A DNA stretch of 64,000 nt, taken from Setoptus koraiensis (taxonomy: Eukaryota; Animalia; Arthropoda). A program made the position numbers and the translations under genes. Of the stretch, positions 1 through 12,426 are shown one piece after another (position 1 is the first letter of the stretch; each line of letters begins with the position of its first letter). The notes beneath the pieces are model-generated. The model had not been told where the DNA came from. It was given only the letters and a program-made list of their open reading frames with translations, and made no database searches. Where the stretch lies: assembly GCA_048013815.1 (NCBI GenBank), contig CM106585.1, forward strand, positions 23,994,001 through 24,058,000, in the 5' to 3' direction.

Positions 1-2002
1 AGCGACTGGCTTGTCACTTGTTATGTCACAGCCAGCTGACAGCTTGTAAAACAGCTTCATGATAACTTGTGGCCCATGCAATATTGATTATTTGCCCGCC
101 ACTAATCAGCTGTTTTGGTGTCTGGCCCGAATTGTCGATTCGGACAGCTGACTGACTGGTCAACATTGTGCGCCCTTATTAATAACGATGCGCGTCTACG
201 ATCATCCGTTGTCCACCACAGCCATTTCTTCTCAAAAGTTATATTTGCTGAATCCGTTAAGTTGCTCAAATAACCACTGCACCCTTAACCGTTTAAATGG
301 CGCTAAATCTAATCTATAAGTATTGTCACACGCTTGACCGTTGGCCATAAAAGTGGCTAGCGTCGCTATGCCATTATAGGGAATTCCGCTATATTGAATT
401 TCTCTATTTATGGCCATCTAGCGGTGAGTGTGGCAAAGTTTAGTGAGGCAAAGTTGTTTTGTTGCTGATAAGAGTTTATTCGCACATCGCACCCAGAAAG
501 AGAGAGCGAGAGATTATATCATTTGCTATATGACACACAGCCGTATATCTCATTGGTGTGTGACACGTGGTCAGTTTTCGCTGACCACGAGCACAAATAA
601 ACAAACAAACAAACGGGCAAACAGACAGACAAACAAATAGACAATCAGATAAATAAGCACGCGTTGCGCAATGTTTGGCACTTTATCACAGACAAACATT
701 GTGTCGAGTATATCACACACACACACACACACGCACACTTGATTTTTGAGGCAAATTAAATCAGCGGCGTCATCCCGTGTGCACGAGCTGGCTGCTAGGA
801 TGTTTAATATGTGAACAAGCCACAAAATGGCCACAACCGAGCGCTAAAGTGACCAAAACTAAAGTGGCTAATCCAGATCAAATTGAGTTGGTTTTGGTTG
901 TTCACACGAGGCGACAATTCGATCATCATAACAACACAAGTAGTAATTTATTGCGTCATGAGTCACACATAAAGCACAATGACAATCAGCTGTTACAAGA
1001 CTGGACTTGGGGTTTGGTTTGTGTGTGTGGTGAGCAGAGAGGCACAAAAAGCAACGTCAAAGTTTAAGTCAGAGTCAAAGTCAAAGTCAAAGTTGGCGTT
1101 TGGTGTGACACATTGTTGGCCACTGCAACACACGTAGCAGAGATGGCCAATGAGTGACCAGTGAGTACAATCACAATGAAACATCTTGAGGTTTTGTATT
1201 GAGCCAACAGCAACAACAATGCCAACAACAACACATGATATTGTTGCCGCATTGAGCATTGAGCATTGAGCGCGGCACAAGTAGAGAAACAGTTTTTCAA
1301 GTTTGACTTGATGAGTCTTTCATGTAATAATAGACAAGTTTCACAAGATTAAACAACAACAACAACTGACAAACCCGCACATAATGACGACAATGCCACA
1401 CTGTACAAGCTGCACAGATTCTGCAGAGGAAAATGATAATAATAATAAAAATAATAATAATGATGATAATGACAATAATAATACTGGCAATACTGGCACT
1501 GCTGGCAATAGTGGCAATAATGAAAGGCAATAGACGAGCCACAAAATAGAGCGTTCGTTTCATCGTTGAGCCAGTGACAGTGACAGTGCCACTGATCATG
1601 ACACTCAGCTGACTGATTGAGCGAGCCAGTGACATAAGTCATTCATATAACCGTAACAATGTTCAGACAGCACTGTCCACATATAACACTGGTGCGGTGA
1701 GCAAAGCAACAACGGCGACAATGACATCATTTGTTTGTTCTGTCCGCAGCGCCGTCATTGTGGTCGCTGTCACGTTACATAATACGCCAGCCAGTCAGCC
1801 CGTCGGCCAGTCAGCGAGCCAACGAGCCACAAAGCGACAGCACTTGTGACTTATATTTTAAAAGTTTTAAGATTGGCCGCTTATAAAGTGAGCTCATACG
1901 GCCGGTCGTGTTTATGCGCGCATCGCCTTGGATGACACTGTCACGGCAACCACTGGCTGACTTGTGAGATTTGCACTGTCCGGCAGTGGACAGTGCAGTG
2001 CA

Positions 2003-2074
2003 ACAGCAATAGAAACAGCAATAGAAACAGCAATAGAAACAGCAATTGTAACAGCAATAGAAACAGCAATAGAA
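2003..2074. repeat. 12-bp minisatellite (ACAGCAATAGAA)x6
   Basis: Six tandem copies read directly; the fourth is the variant ACAGCAATTGTA. Confidence 0.9.
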
Positions 2075-4016
2075 AGTGTGTGATCATTACCTAATGGTGG
2101 TGCTTATGGTGACAAAAACAGCAACAAACAAACAATGCTTATAATGATGATAATAAAAATAAAATAAAATAAAATAAAAACTTATTGTGTCGCTCTTTCC
2201 TGGTCGCTGCTGCTACCATTTTAGTTTGTTGTTGGCTCGCTTATATTTTTCAGCCTTCGACCTTTATTTGACTGGCAAAAGCAACTGTCACTGGTCCCAA
2301 ATGTGACAACTTGCATGCTAGTGTCAGTGCCAAATCAGTGCTATCATATCAACGCTATCATATCAGTGGGCCGACGCCTATACTGACCACAGTGGCATTG
2401 TGAGTATTGTGAGTGTTGTGAGTATTCATTTTATCTCGATTGATACCCTTGCTCACAAGTCACTTGTCACAAGGACCACTCATGGAGTCTCCATGATGAA
2501 GAGCTCGTCGGAAAGCGCCAATTTCGAAACAATTTTTGAGTCAACCAGTTGTTAGTTATTGCCAATGACTTATTGGGTTGTCGCCAAGTTTCTGCCACTC
2601 GCCACTTGCTGCCACTCGACAATTGGTTTGAAATTTACTCTCATTTAGATCAATGAATGTGTTTATGTTGATTTATTGTCAACCGTTGAACACGACAGAA
2701 ATCGGCTAATCGATTTCCGATGACCAGTTCAAACTGTTTTATCTCCCACCTTAAGGAGCTTCGAGGCATTTCGCTAAAAGCAGTTGACAGCTCCCAGGCA
2801 GACAGTGTCAGATCGCCCTGTGCCCATCGCTAGGAGCTGTCTGGTCGCTAGGAGTTGTCTGATGGCATCAAGAGGAGCCGTCATTTGTCAGTCGTGGATA
2901 CCAGTGACCAGAATGGACAACGGTGATGCCGCAGCATAATAACATTTGAATAACAATGATAACAATGTGTCCAATTCACATTAGCAACAATTCATTCTGC
3001 GCCTATCTATTATATTATCTACAACCACTGCCACTAAATGGCACAATAATTCATTATATTGTATTCATTGTAACAAGACTAACGAGACACACACACACAA
3101 CATCGGATAAAACAAGCACGCTTGCGTAATAAAGCAAACAACGTCTTGTAATGAAAACACAAGTCGTGACTGTCGATAAATTGCCCTCGATCAGGTGTTT
3201 TTGTCTCGCCAACAAGCACTCACTTTGTTTGGCTTCTTTTACCTGTTGGCAGTCGTTGTTGTTGCTGTTGATGTTGCTGTTGTTGTTGCTATAGTAGCCA
3301 TGTCGTGCCAGTGATTACGCTGGCAACCTCTCGAAACAAATAATCATTTCATTTCGTTTAGTTTCCATTTTTATCTATACTCGACGGTGCCTGCGATTAA
3401 CAACACTACTGTTGCTTGATTCATGAATAATAATAATAATTTTCCTCTCCAATTGTCGGCTCGATTTCCAGCTCCGTTGCTCATTCGCAATTCGCGAAAT
3501 GCAATAACACAATTTAAGGGAAAAAGAACCCTCTCAAGTTGAGAGTCTCGAGTGAATTAGGCTCTCAATCATGGTGACCAAACACACAAACCAATGCAAT
3601 GGAACCAACAAACGAGACCAGCGAACCAACAACAAGCTCTTCTTTCGTTCCGTTTGTTTTGTTGCTAATCAAGCCAGTCAGTTTGCATTTGCTCAAAAGC
3701 ACAATTCACGTTGCTTGTGGCTAGTGGATTGAATTTGCTTCAAGTGACCAGCACCGGTCAAACAGCACTGGTCAAACTGTACTGGACAAACGGCAAAAAA
3801 TAAAAATTGAATCACGACTGTTGAGTGGTCATAATCAATCAATTTTGCATAATTCCCTCCTCGATGGTTGAATGGCGCATGCGTCAACTAAAGAAAAAGG
3901 CCATTAATTAACCACAACTAATGGTCGACTAATTAGCCAAAAGAGCACGCATGCTTAAATGAGCGCATGCCCGCTTGGCGTGACACACACAAACAAACAG
4001 ACAAACAAACAAACAC

Positions 4017-4018
<2 letters not shown>

Positions 4019-4108
<90 letters not shown>
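4019..4108. repeat. (CA)45 microsatellite
   Basis: Uninterrupted CA run of 90 bp; explains the HTHT/VCVC pseudo-ORFs at 3929-4199. Confidence 0.97.
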
Positions 4109-4109
<1 letters not shown>

Positions 4110-4680
4110 GAACAGGTAAAGTGAATGAAGGTAGCAGTAATAACAGGTCTTAGTGTGTGCAAAAAGTTGTAACAAGTTGTTGTTCGTGTGAACAATCAAT
4201 CATTGTGTTAGCCAGTTATTATGTATATATAGGCCGATGATAAACGTTGTTGCATTCGCTTGCTGACCAATTACCTGCGCTGTTGTCTCCTATCCAATTT
4301 ATAGAGTTGGTGTTGGCGCCGACTTTGGCGCCCCCTTTGAAAAACAGCTCACATGACAACAGCTAGTGAGTGACTTGTGACTCCCAAGTTGTGAGTTGAG
4401 TCAAGTTTAGCCTGACCAAATAGATAATAAATGGTAGTTGTAGCCAACTACAATTCAAATAGAAGCACACAATTCAAATAATACACATTTTATCTATGTA
4501 ACTCAAACAATTGGTATTGTTCACACAAACACATGGCATATTTTGGTGAAATAATCAATCTTTTCTGGTTTGGCCCAACACTGACGCAATTGATGATCTC
4601 GCTGCGCTGGTGGTGCCCTGGTGATATTATCTGAGAACAATCAATTAACAGAATTGTGAGAAAATTGTTTATTTACTCAC

Positions 4681-4740
4681 AATATTACACAATATTACAC
4701 AATATTATACAACATTATACAACATTATACAACATTATAC
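4681..4740. repeat. 10-bp tandem repeat x6 (AATATTACAC to AACATTATAC)
   Basis: Six adjacent decamers read directly. Confidence 0.85.
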
Positions 4741-5013
4741 AACGCACACACACACAGGTGAGCTGACACGAAATGATGCCAGCGCTGTAAGTGATGATGG
4801 CGATGGTCATTTAAGTGAATTGATTGTTATTAGTTGGCCCATTGATGCGCCATCGTCTCAGTATGACCGATAATGATAAGCAGTGATGGCGATCGAGTCA
4901 CTCTTTAAATTGTTTACAGCGCACACTTTAGATATTTGTTGGTTACCAGTGGTCACTATAAATGGGAATATTATAAATGATTATTGGCGCTCTTGCTCAC
5001 CGCTCCACACGAC

Positions 5014-5077
5014 AACAGCAACAACAGCAACAACAGCAACAACAACAACAACAACAACAGCAACAGCAACAACAACA
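5014..5077. repeat. Imperfect (CAA/CAG)n trinucleotide repeat
   Basis: Read directly; explains the poly-T/poly-C/poly-V pseudo-ORFs at 4883-5248. Confidence 0.85.
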
Positions 5078-8000
5078 AGATTGTGTGACGCAATTTGCTG
5101 ATAATATATACAAATAGTGATGATTAATGATGATACCTGCAATGTGTTGAAAGGCACACACAGTGAGACGGGCAAAGATAAATGATGTCGCCCAATGATG
5201 TGTTATTATTGCCAGAGCAATTTTACATTCTTGGCTCGCTTGCTCCAATTTGTTGTTCTTTTGCCACCCAATTCTTCACCTCATTCTATATTCGTGTTCG
5301 ACACTCGTGAGTGGCGCGTGCCCCACACACACACACGCCGAGTTTTGCAATTAATTGTTTTTCATTCTTATTCTCTCCTGCGGGCCATTTTCTGCATTTC
5401 GCTGCCTGTTCTTTGTGAGATGATGCAAACAACGACGATGATTCTCTTGATATTCTTTTCAAATGATAGCGTATGGAAGCGGCAGCGACTTCTCCGCCAC
5501 CATCAACCATTATTCGTCTCGTCTCGCTTTTTGTTTGTGTTTGTGTGTCTCGAGGTACACGCGCCCTAGTGGTAAAAGTAGTTGATTAATCATTGCATAT
5601 CTTGGTCGTTGCTTATTTAACTGCGCTGTTGCTGCTAAACATGATGACCTATGAGCATGACATGCGGTCAATAGGCACAACATTTGTTGTGTGTGGATTG
5701 GTGCAATAATAATGAGCAACTGTTGTTGTAGATGTAGTTGTTGTTGTTGTTGTTGGTGTCGTAGCTGTTGCAGCATCAGGTTTGCTAGCTGTTGGGGCGG
5801 CGCACACACAATGAGCAAACAATAAGCAAACAACGAGCAATCCAACAGCAGCAGCAACAACAACAACAACAATTACTGCAAATATGGACACACAGTTGCG
5901 TCACTTGTTGGACAATCAATCAAAGCCAGCGCTGATGACAACAGCACCACCAACAACAACATGTGTCAACAACAATGAGCCATACATTAGCAGACTCATT
6001 GTGGTTAATGGTTGGCGCAACAAACAACAACAAATAGCCACAAATGTCGCTATGTCTCGCTTACAATCAATGCAACCTATTATCCTAATAATAACTATTG
6101 TATGCTCACAATGTTATTCATTGTGTTGGCTTGGTTGTTGTTGTCGTCGTTTTTGTTGGCTTACAATTTGTAACTTGCCTACATTTGCCCGCTGTCAATA
6201 CGTGTGTTTGTCTCGCTCTCATTACTATGAATAATGGACGCAATAAACACATCTCGTCATTATATTAATAACTTGCTACATGCCACAGGAAGTGCTTTCA
6301 ACGCGATGTTGGCCAGTGTCTAATTGCTGTTGCTGTTTTTGTTGGATGTTGTTGTTCATTTGCATTGTGTCAGTGGCTGCTTGTGTGTCTATTGTACCAA
6401 ATTAACACCTTGATTAAAAGTGAGTTGTCATTTGTTTGTGTCCGCTACCACACACACACACACACAACTGCTGCCATTAGCAGATTTCTAGGCATCACAG
6501 ATACCAAACAAGAGCCTATAATTGTTGTCAAAAATTGTTGTCGGCCCAAACAACAACGTGCTTTGTGAGTTTTGTAACGAAATGTAAAAATGATGATTGT
6601 GTGAATATCCATTTGTCAGTCTCACTGTTCATTTGCAAGCAGCAATTTGACGCACACGAGCTGCTACAAATAATTTGCAACAAATTGTGTCTGCCCAAAG
6701 TGTGTGGCCCACCATATGTTGCTTAGTTTGTGTCAATTATACACTGAATATACCCCTGGCCACTCTCGTTGGGGACCTGGGTTTGTTGTGGCTTCTTTAG
6801 GGCAACTTCTTGATGTTGCTTCCTGTTCGCGAGCGCCATTGTGGCGATTCTGTCGGCGACGAATTAGCAGGCAGCATCAGTTTTAGTTTGTGTTTATCGA
6901 CACTATTGTTACCTTTGGCCAGAATGAACGTGATCCATTCAATTGGCCTGAGTGTGCCAAAAAGTGTACAGATTGTGTTCACTGTTGCTTGTTGTGGTTG
7001 CTTGTTGTGGTTGCTTGTTGTGGTTGGCTGTTGTTGTTGTTGCAACAACAACAACAACAACTACAACGACAAGCAACATGAAGATGATGAGTGAGCGAAG
7101 AAGAGCAATTGCAGCACAATATGGGGGACATGAAAAAGAATAAAGAACATAGTGTCAGAAAAGAATAAGAGACACACTAAGTGAGCGAGGTGTGTATATA
7201 TAGACTGTGCGATAGATGGCTCGGACACAACACCATTTGACACTTGTTGTTGCTCATTTTCTTTTCACGCCTCAATAAAGGCAACCAACGAACAACGACG
7301 ACACACTAAACACTAAATCTAACAACAGCAACAGCAACAACAACAAATTTAGCAGCAACAACAACAAAACTCAGAAAGAAGTCTCTTTCTCTTCAATTGT
7401 CAATTGTATATTTTATGTCTGTTTAGTGTGTGTGTTCTTTTTGCAGATCCATTATGTTGTGTTTGTTGCCAATTAAGCAGGCTGATGTGTGTGTGTATTG
7501 TGAGCACAACAACAGCCGGTGCCAACGAATCAATCAAGGAAACAATTACATCAATCTAATTACAATTGAACAAGTCCAAGTTCACACAATTCAATTGCCT
7601 AATTGAGACGATTGATAAAAAGAACACACACACTCGTTTGTGCCTTTGTGTGGTTGTGATTGTGGTTGTGGTTGCCACTGGCAACATCAATCATCGTTCT
7701 ATAGGTTGCTTATAATATCCATTGTCGCAACTGTTCCTCACTGTATTGCTCCAATTGCTCTCTCTACTTGCTACTCGTCCATTATCTGCCAGTATCTGCA
7801 TTTTATTTGCCACTAACAAGACTCAGATGATAAACAGTGAGCGATTGTAACAATCATCGTCGTCGCTCAATCAATGACCACACCAAACAATCCGACGGCC
7901 ACACACCTCAATGAGACTAGTTACCTTGCTTACAAAGCATCGTTGTTGCTGTTATTGTCGTTGTTGTTGTTGTCGTTGTTGTTGTCGTCGTTGTTGTTGG

Positions 8001-8666
8001 TGTCGTTGAGCTCGACAGTGCCAACAAGTGGCCATTCTCTTGTTGATCATAACAACAACCGCAGAATGGCCATTGTTGTGTCCATTCCAATCGGCAGTAA
8101 CATCAATGGGCGATAATGAGCGATAAGCAAATAAATATACAAGTATGAGTGTAAGTATAAAAATAATCGATGATTATGATTGATCACCAGATCAATTCTC
8201 GCCCGATGAGATTCGCAATTAAACCTGCAATCGGCAACATACATTCACGTACACATGCAACTTGCTACCGGACAATCTGGCACTCTGCCCGTCACACCAA
8301 TTGCCAGCCAATATAATAACTGACTAGAGATCGACATTATACATTTTCGCATTATGACGAGCGAGAGAAAGAATTGACAACTGTAAAGAATTCCTTCATT
8401 TCTTGCTCACTAGAAACACACACGTTACAGGCAATGAAAGAGAGAGATAGAGAGATATTGCACGTGGCTCTTTATTGTTGATTCAAACATGATACACATA
8501 TGATAATTAGTAGAATCAGTAGAATTAGCTCAACGCTTAATTATACCTAGCTTAATTGCTTGATTTTTTGTACAATTCATCTAATCGGATCGAATCTGAT
8601 CTCATCTCATCCGATCTTAGCTGATTCGGTCTGATCTAATTTAATCTAATAACATCATCTAATTCA

Positions 8667-11221
8667 TTAATCAATTGACGACGCTTTATCACATATCAGA
8701 TTCTCCAAAAGATAGGCCTTGGATCGACTGCTGGCCACGTTGTTGGGCTGATGCTGCTGATGCAGTTGTTGCTGCTGCTCCACAAGTTGTTTTATGGCAG
8801 GCACACTATCATTATCGTTGCTGTTGTTGCTTCCACTTAAATTGCTGGCGCTACTCGACGATCTTTGGAGCTGTTGATTGGACGAATCTTGTGATTCTTC
8901 TTCGTCATCATCTCCCTCTAACTTTTTCTCAGATAATTTATTTGTCTGTTGGTCTAGTTGTTTGTGCTGTTGCTCGTATCGTTCGTTATCGTAATCTATC
9001 GCTTGCTGATGTTTCAAATTACTCGCTGCTGTCGTTGTTGTGTGATTTGCTGACAGATAGGAGGCGTCAATTTTACCTGGCAATGCCTGGTTATTCAAAG
9101 CTATTGTTTGTGGACTATGTTGATGCGCTGCATAAAATTGATTCATTAGTGCTTGCTGTTGGCCAATGTCTAAATTAGACCAATAACCTAATTGGTGATG
9201 ATGATTTGCATGGTGATGATTGTGCAATGAATGCGTTTGATAGGGATTGACGGAACCAACAAAACCAGCCATAGCTGTAACATTTGATGAGTGCTGATGC
9301 TGATAAGCAGAACCGGGCAACGAATTGTCGCCATTTGCCCCATACGATGTTATGGGCAACGGAATCAATAGACTAGAGCTACCTGTCATGGATAATTTAT
9401 GTAGAGCAGCTTCATAGGATTGTTGCCGTTGATATGTGCTGCTGTTGTTGTTGTTGGGGGTGGTTGTGGCGTCTCTGTTACTGCCACAGTTTGGTGTCGA
9501 TGATGGTGGTGTCGTTGTTATCGTTGTTGGTTGTCTGGTATTTGTTGTATTATTTTGTTCTGTATATAAATTTTGCTGGTTGCCAATAGGTGAGCTGTTA
9601 TCATGAACTGTCTGATTACATGTTGTGGCTTGTGCGGTTATTGGTGAGGTTGTCGTTGAACTATTGGCGTTGTGATTCCTTGTTGTTGGTGCCGAATGAT
9701 AGCCATTGACATCGGATGACATTGATAATCTGTTATGTGGCAAATTGAAACTATTCCTACGTTATTAGTGCAATCAATATAAGAAAATAATTGAGCAAAC
9801 AAACAATTTCGTCGAGACATTAGTTAGTATGGACAAATAAGCATTGGGTCTCAAGCGACCCAAGTATGTTATTGTAGTAGAGACAGCCAAATCGGTGGTC
9901 ATTTTGGACGAAAATCTATGCCAATAAAGCATTTTTGCGATGTTTTCAGCGTTTCTCGGCGAAAACTCAATTTTTATCCAGAATTCTGGAAAAAATCCGT
10001 CAGTAGCGCTCGCATTGATGGAAATGCACAATCAAAGCTAGCAATCTATATCATATATTTTTTTTTCTGGCGAAAACCCTTGATTGCTGATGGCGACGAT
10101 ACAAGCAAAAGATAATGCTCATGATATGTATCGGTTAGCTTGGTTGTCATTTACGGCGTGTGTTGAACTTACCACATGCTATTTGTACTATTATTTAGAC
10201 TGTTGTTCACCTGATCCATTAATTGATATGGGTTGAAATGTTGTTGTTGTTGCTGTTGGTGATGATGATGGAGTTGTTGCTGATGGTGATGCAATTGTTG
10301 ATTATTTTGTTGTTGTTGTTGTTGTTGCTGCTGCAACTGTTTATGATGATGCTGCAAATGATGATGATGATGAGGGTGAGAGGGATTGAATTGATTGAAG
10401 AAATTGCCCATTGAGGCGACATTATTGTGATGATTAATAGCGGATGACGATGATGAAGAAGATGTGCTAGATCCTGAAGAGTTTGATATTGTTTGTGGTG
10501 GTGGTGGTATTGTGGTGGTTGTAAATGGGAATTGTATGTAGGGCATTGTAAATTGTGCATATGGATTGGCTGCACCATTGACAGATGAAAACTTTTTTGG
10601 CTTTCGTCTAGGTTTATATTTGTAATCTGGATTTTCTTTCATGTGCAAAGCTCTCAGTCTTTTTGCCTCCTCTATGAAGGGCCTCTTATCGTGATCATCC
10701 AAATGCTTCCACCTATTGCCTAATCGTTTGCTGATTTCCGAATTGTGCATCTTGGGATTCTCTCTGGCCATTTTGCGTCTTTGTGCCCTTGACCACACCA
10801 TGAAGGCATTCATGGGTCTCTTGATGTGATTGCTATTACTGTTACTATTATTATTATTATTGCCGCCACTAGTGCTACTGCTGCTGCTGTTGCCTGTGTT
10901 GTTATTTATTGTTGATTGTTGGTTGTTGATTGTTGACAGATTTAAATTTGAATTGTTGATTTGTTGTTCTGTTATCATGTTGCCGTTGTTGTCTGTGGCT
11001 GCATTATTATTGTTCATACTATTTGCGTTGCTTGTTTGTGGATAGTGGTGTGGATGATGATGCTGATGATGGTTCATTGATGACAATAATGAGGGTTGAA
11101 GTTGAAGATGATGCATTTGGTGGTTGTTTACTGATTGATTTAACGAGGCTGGTTCAGCATTGAGAAAAGCAGCCGCTGCCGCTGCTGCTGCCGCATGATG
11201 CTGATGCGGATTAATCATCAT
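8667..11221 (-). CDS. Sox21: SoxB2-group (Sox21/Sox14/Dichaete-like) HMG-box transcription factor; predicted exons 11221-10173 and 9756-8667, about 712 aa
   Basis: HMG box [37 protein letters not shown]...[31 protein letters not shown] has the SoxB signature with the B2-type RRKPK end. The 350-aa ORF stops inside a GTAAGT donor (10172-10167, phase 2). A TAG acceptor at 9758-9757 (alternative AG at 9752-9751) restores the frame into the 358-aa His/Gln/Asn/Ser-rich ORF. Exact paralogue (Sox21a, Sox21b or Dichaete) not resolved. Confidence 0.85.
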
Positions 11222-12350
11222 TTTTTCGCCTTGTTTGCTCAGTGTTGTTAGTGGTGGTGCCGTTTACAAACAGAATTAGTTAATTAATTGACTTATTTAC
11301 CTATTGATTGGTGGGCTCAGTGCTGACACACGCTCACTGTGAATAATGGACAATGTGTGAATATCCATATACAAGTGTACACATTGATGGTGAAGAGCAA
11401 ATGGCAAATGGCAAATGAATGGAGAACGGCGCACACAAATGAATCATTGAGTTGTTGCTGTTGTGTGAAGTCGCTTGTTAGTGAATTGACCGACAGCGCC
11501 ACCTATATCAAGGTATCAAATTGTTTCGCTCAAACATAGAATGAATACACAACAAAAAACTTGTTGTTGTTGTTGTCGTTGTTGTTACTTGCTGCAGTTG
11601 TGATACATATTTCATCAAATGTATTGTTATCTGCTGACTCTTTATCTCTCTACACACAACACAACACAACACAAACAGATAGACTGACTGACTGGTCAAA
11701 CAATCTTAGAATGTGATCAAGATTATTGTTGTTGTTGCAATGCTATTATTGTTGTTAATCAATGGCGGTGCTTGCAAGCAGCAGTGGTGGCAGTGGTCAG
11801 TTGTTGCTCTAGTTTGAATTGTTAGTGGCGATTGTTGAGGCAGTTGAGTTATGAGTCAGTGTAGTAGCTCCTGTCGGTTGTCGTTGTTGTTGTTGTTGTT
11901 GTCGGCTGTTGTTGTTGGTTGTCGCTGTCGGCTGTTGCTGTCGGTTGTTGGCTGGTATTTGGCAGTTGTTAGTCACTAGTCACAAGTTACAAGTTTGTTG
12001 TTGTTGTTGTTGTTGTTGCTTCCATGTTTGATTGTGATCCAGATATAGATCTATATAGCGTTAGTTGTTGTTAAGCAGTACATTTGTATTATGGCTAACA
12101 CACGCTATTCAGGTGATAGCCGAACTTGAAAGTGACCACTGTTGCGGTGTCCAAGTTGTTGGTGGTCAAGCAACAGTCAGATCAACAACAGACCAACAAC
12201 AATGATAACAACACAACGATGATTGTTGCCAAAGATAACAACTAAGTGATATTGTTGTTGTGTTGTAATTTACAACTGGCTAATTCAATTGGTACTGCAA
12301 CTCTACTACTTGAGGTATCAATATTATAAGTTGTGTATTACGCAACTAGT

Positions 12351-12426
12351 CGTAGTAGTAGTAGTAGTAGTAGCTGTAGTAGTAGCAGTAGTAATAGCAG
12401 CAGTAGTGGTCAAGCAGTAGTAGCAG
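12351..12426. repeat. Imperfect (GTA/GCA)n trinucleotide repeat
   Basis: Read directly (gtagtagtagtag...gcagtagtag). Confidence 0.75.

Noticed and set aside
2481-2520. CATGGAGTCTCCATGATGAAGAGCTCGTCGGAAAG, hammerhead-like
   Set aside because: The core reads AUGAUGA rather than CUGAUGA, and no stem II or stem III pairing could be built.
428-8244. Dozens of 60-120 aa ORFs with poly-L, poly-T, poly-C, VCVC or HTHT tracts
   Set aside because: They translate CA, CAA/CAG and AAAC microsatellites or their complements and show no domain motifs.
8675-11045. Plus-strand ORFs 8675-9178 and 10223-10414 and other overlapping frames
   Set aside because: They are antisense or alternative-frame shadows of the Sox coding exons.
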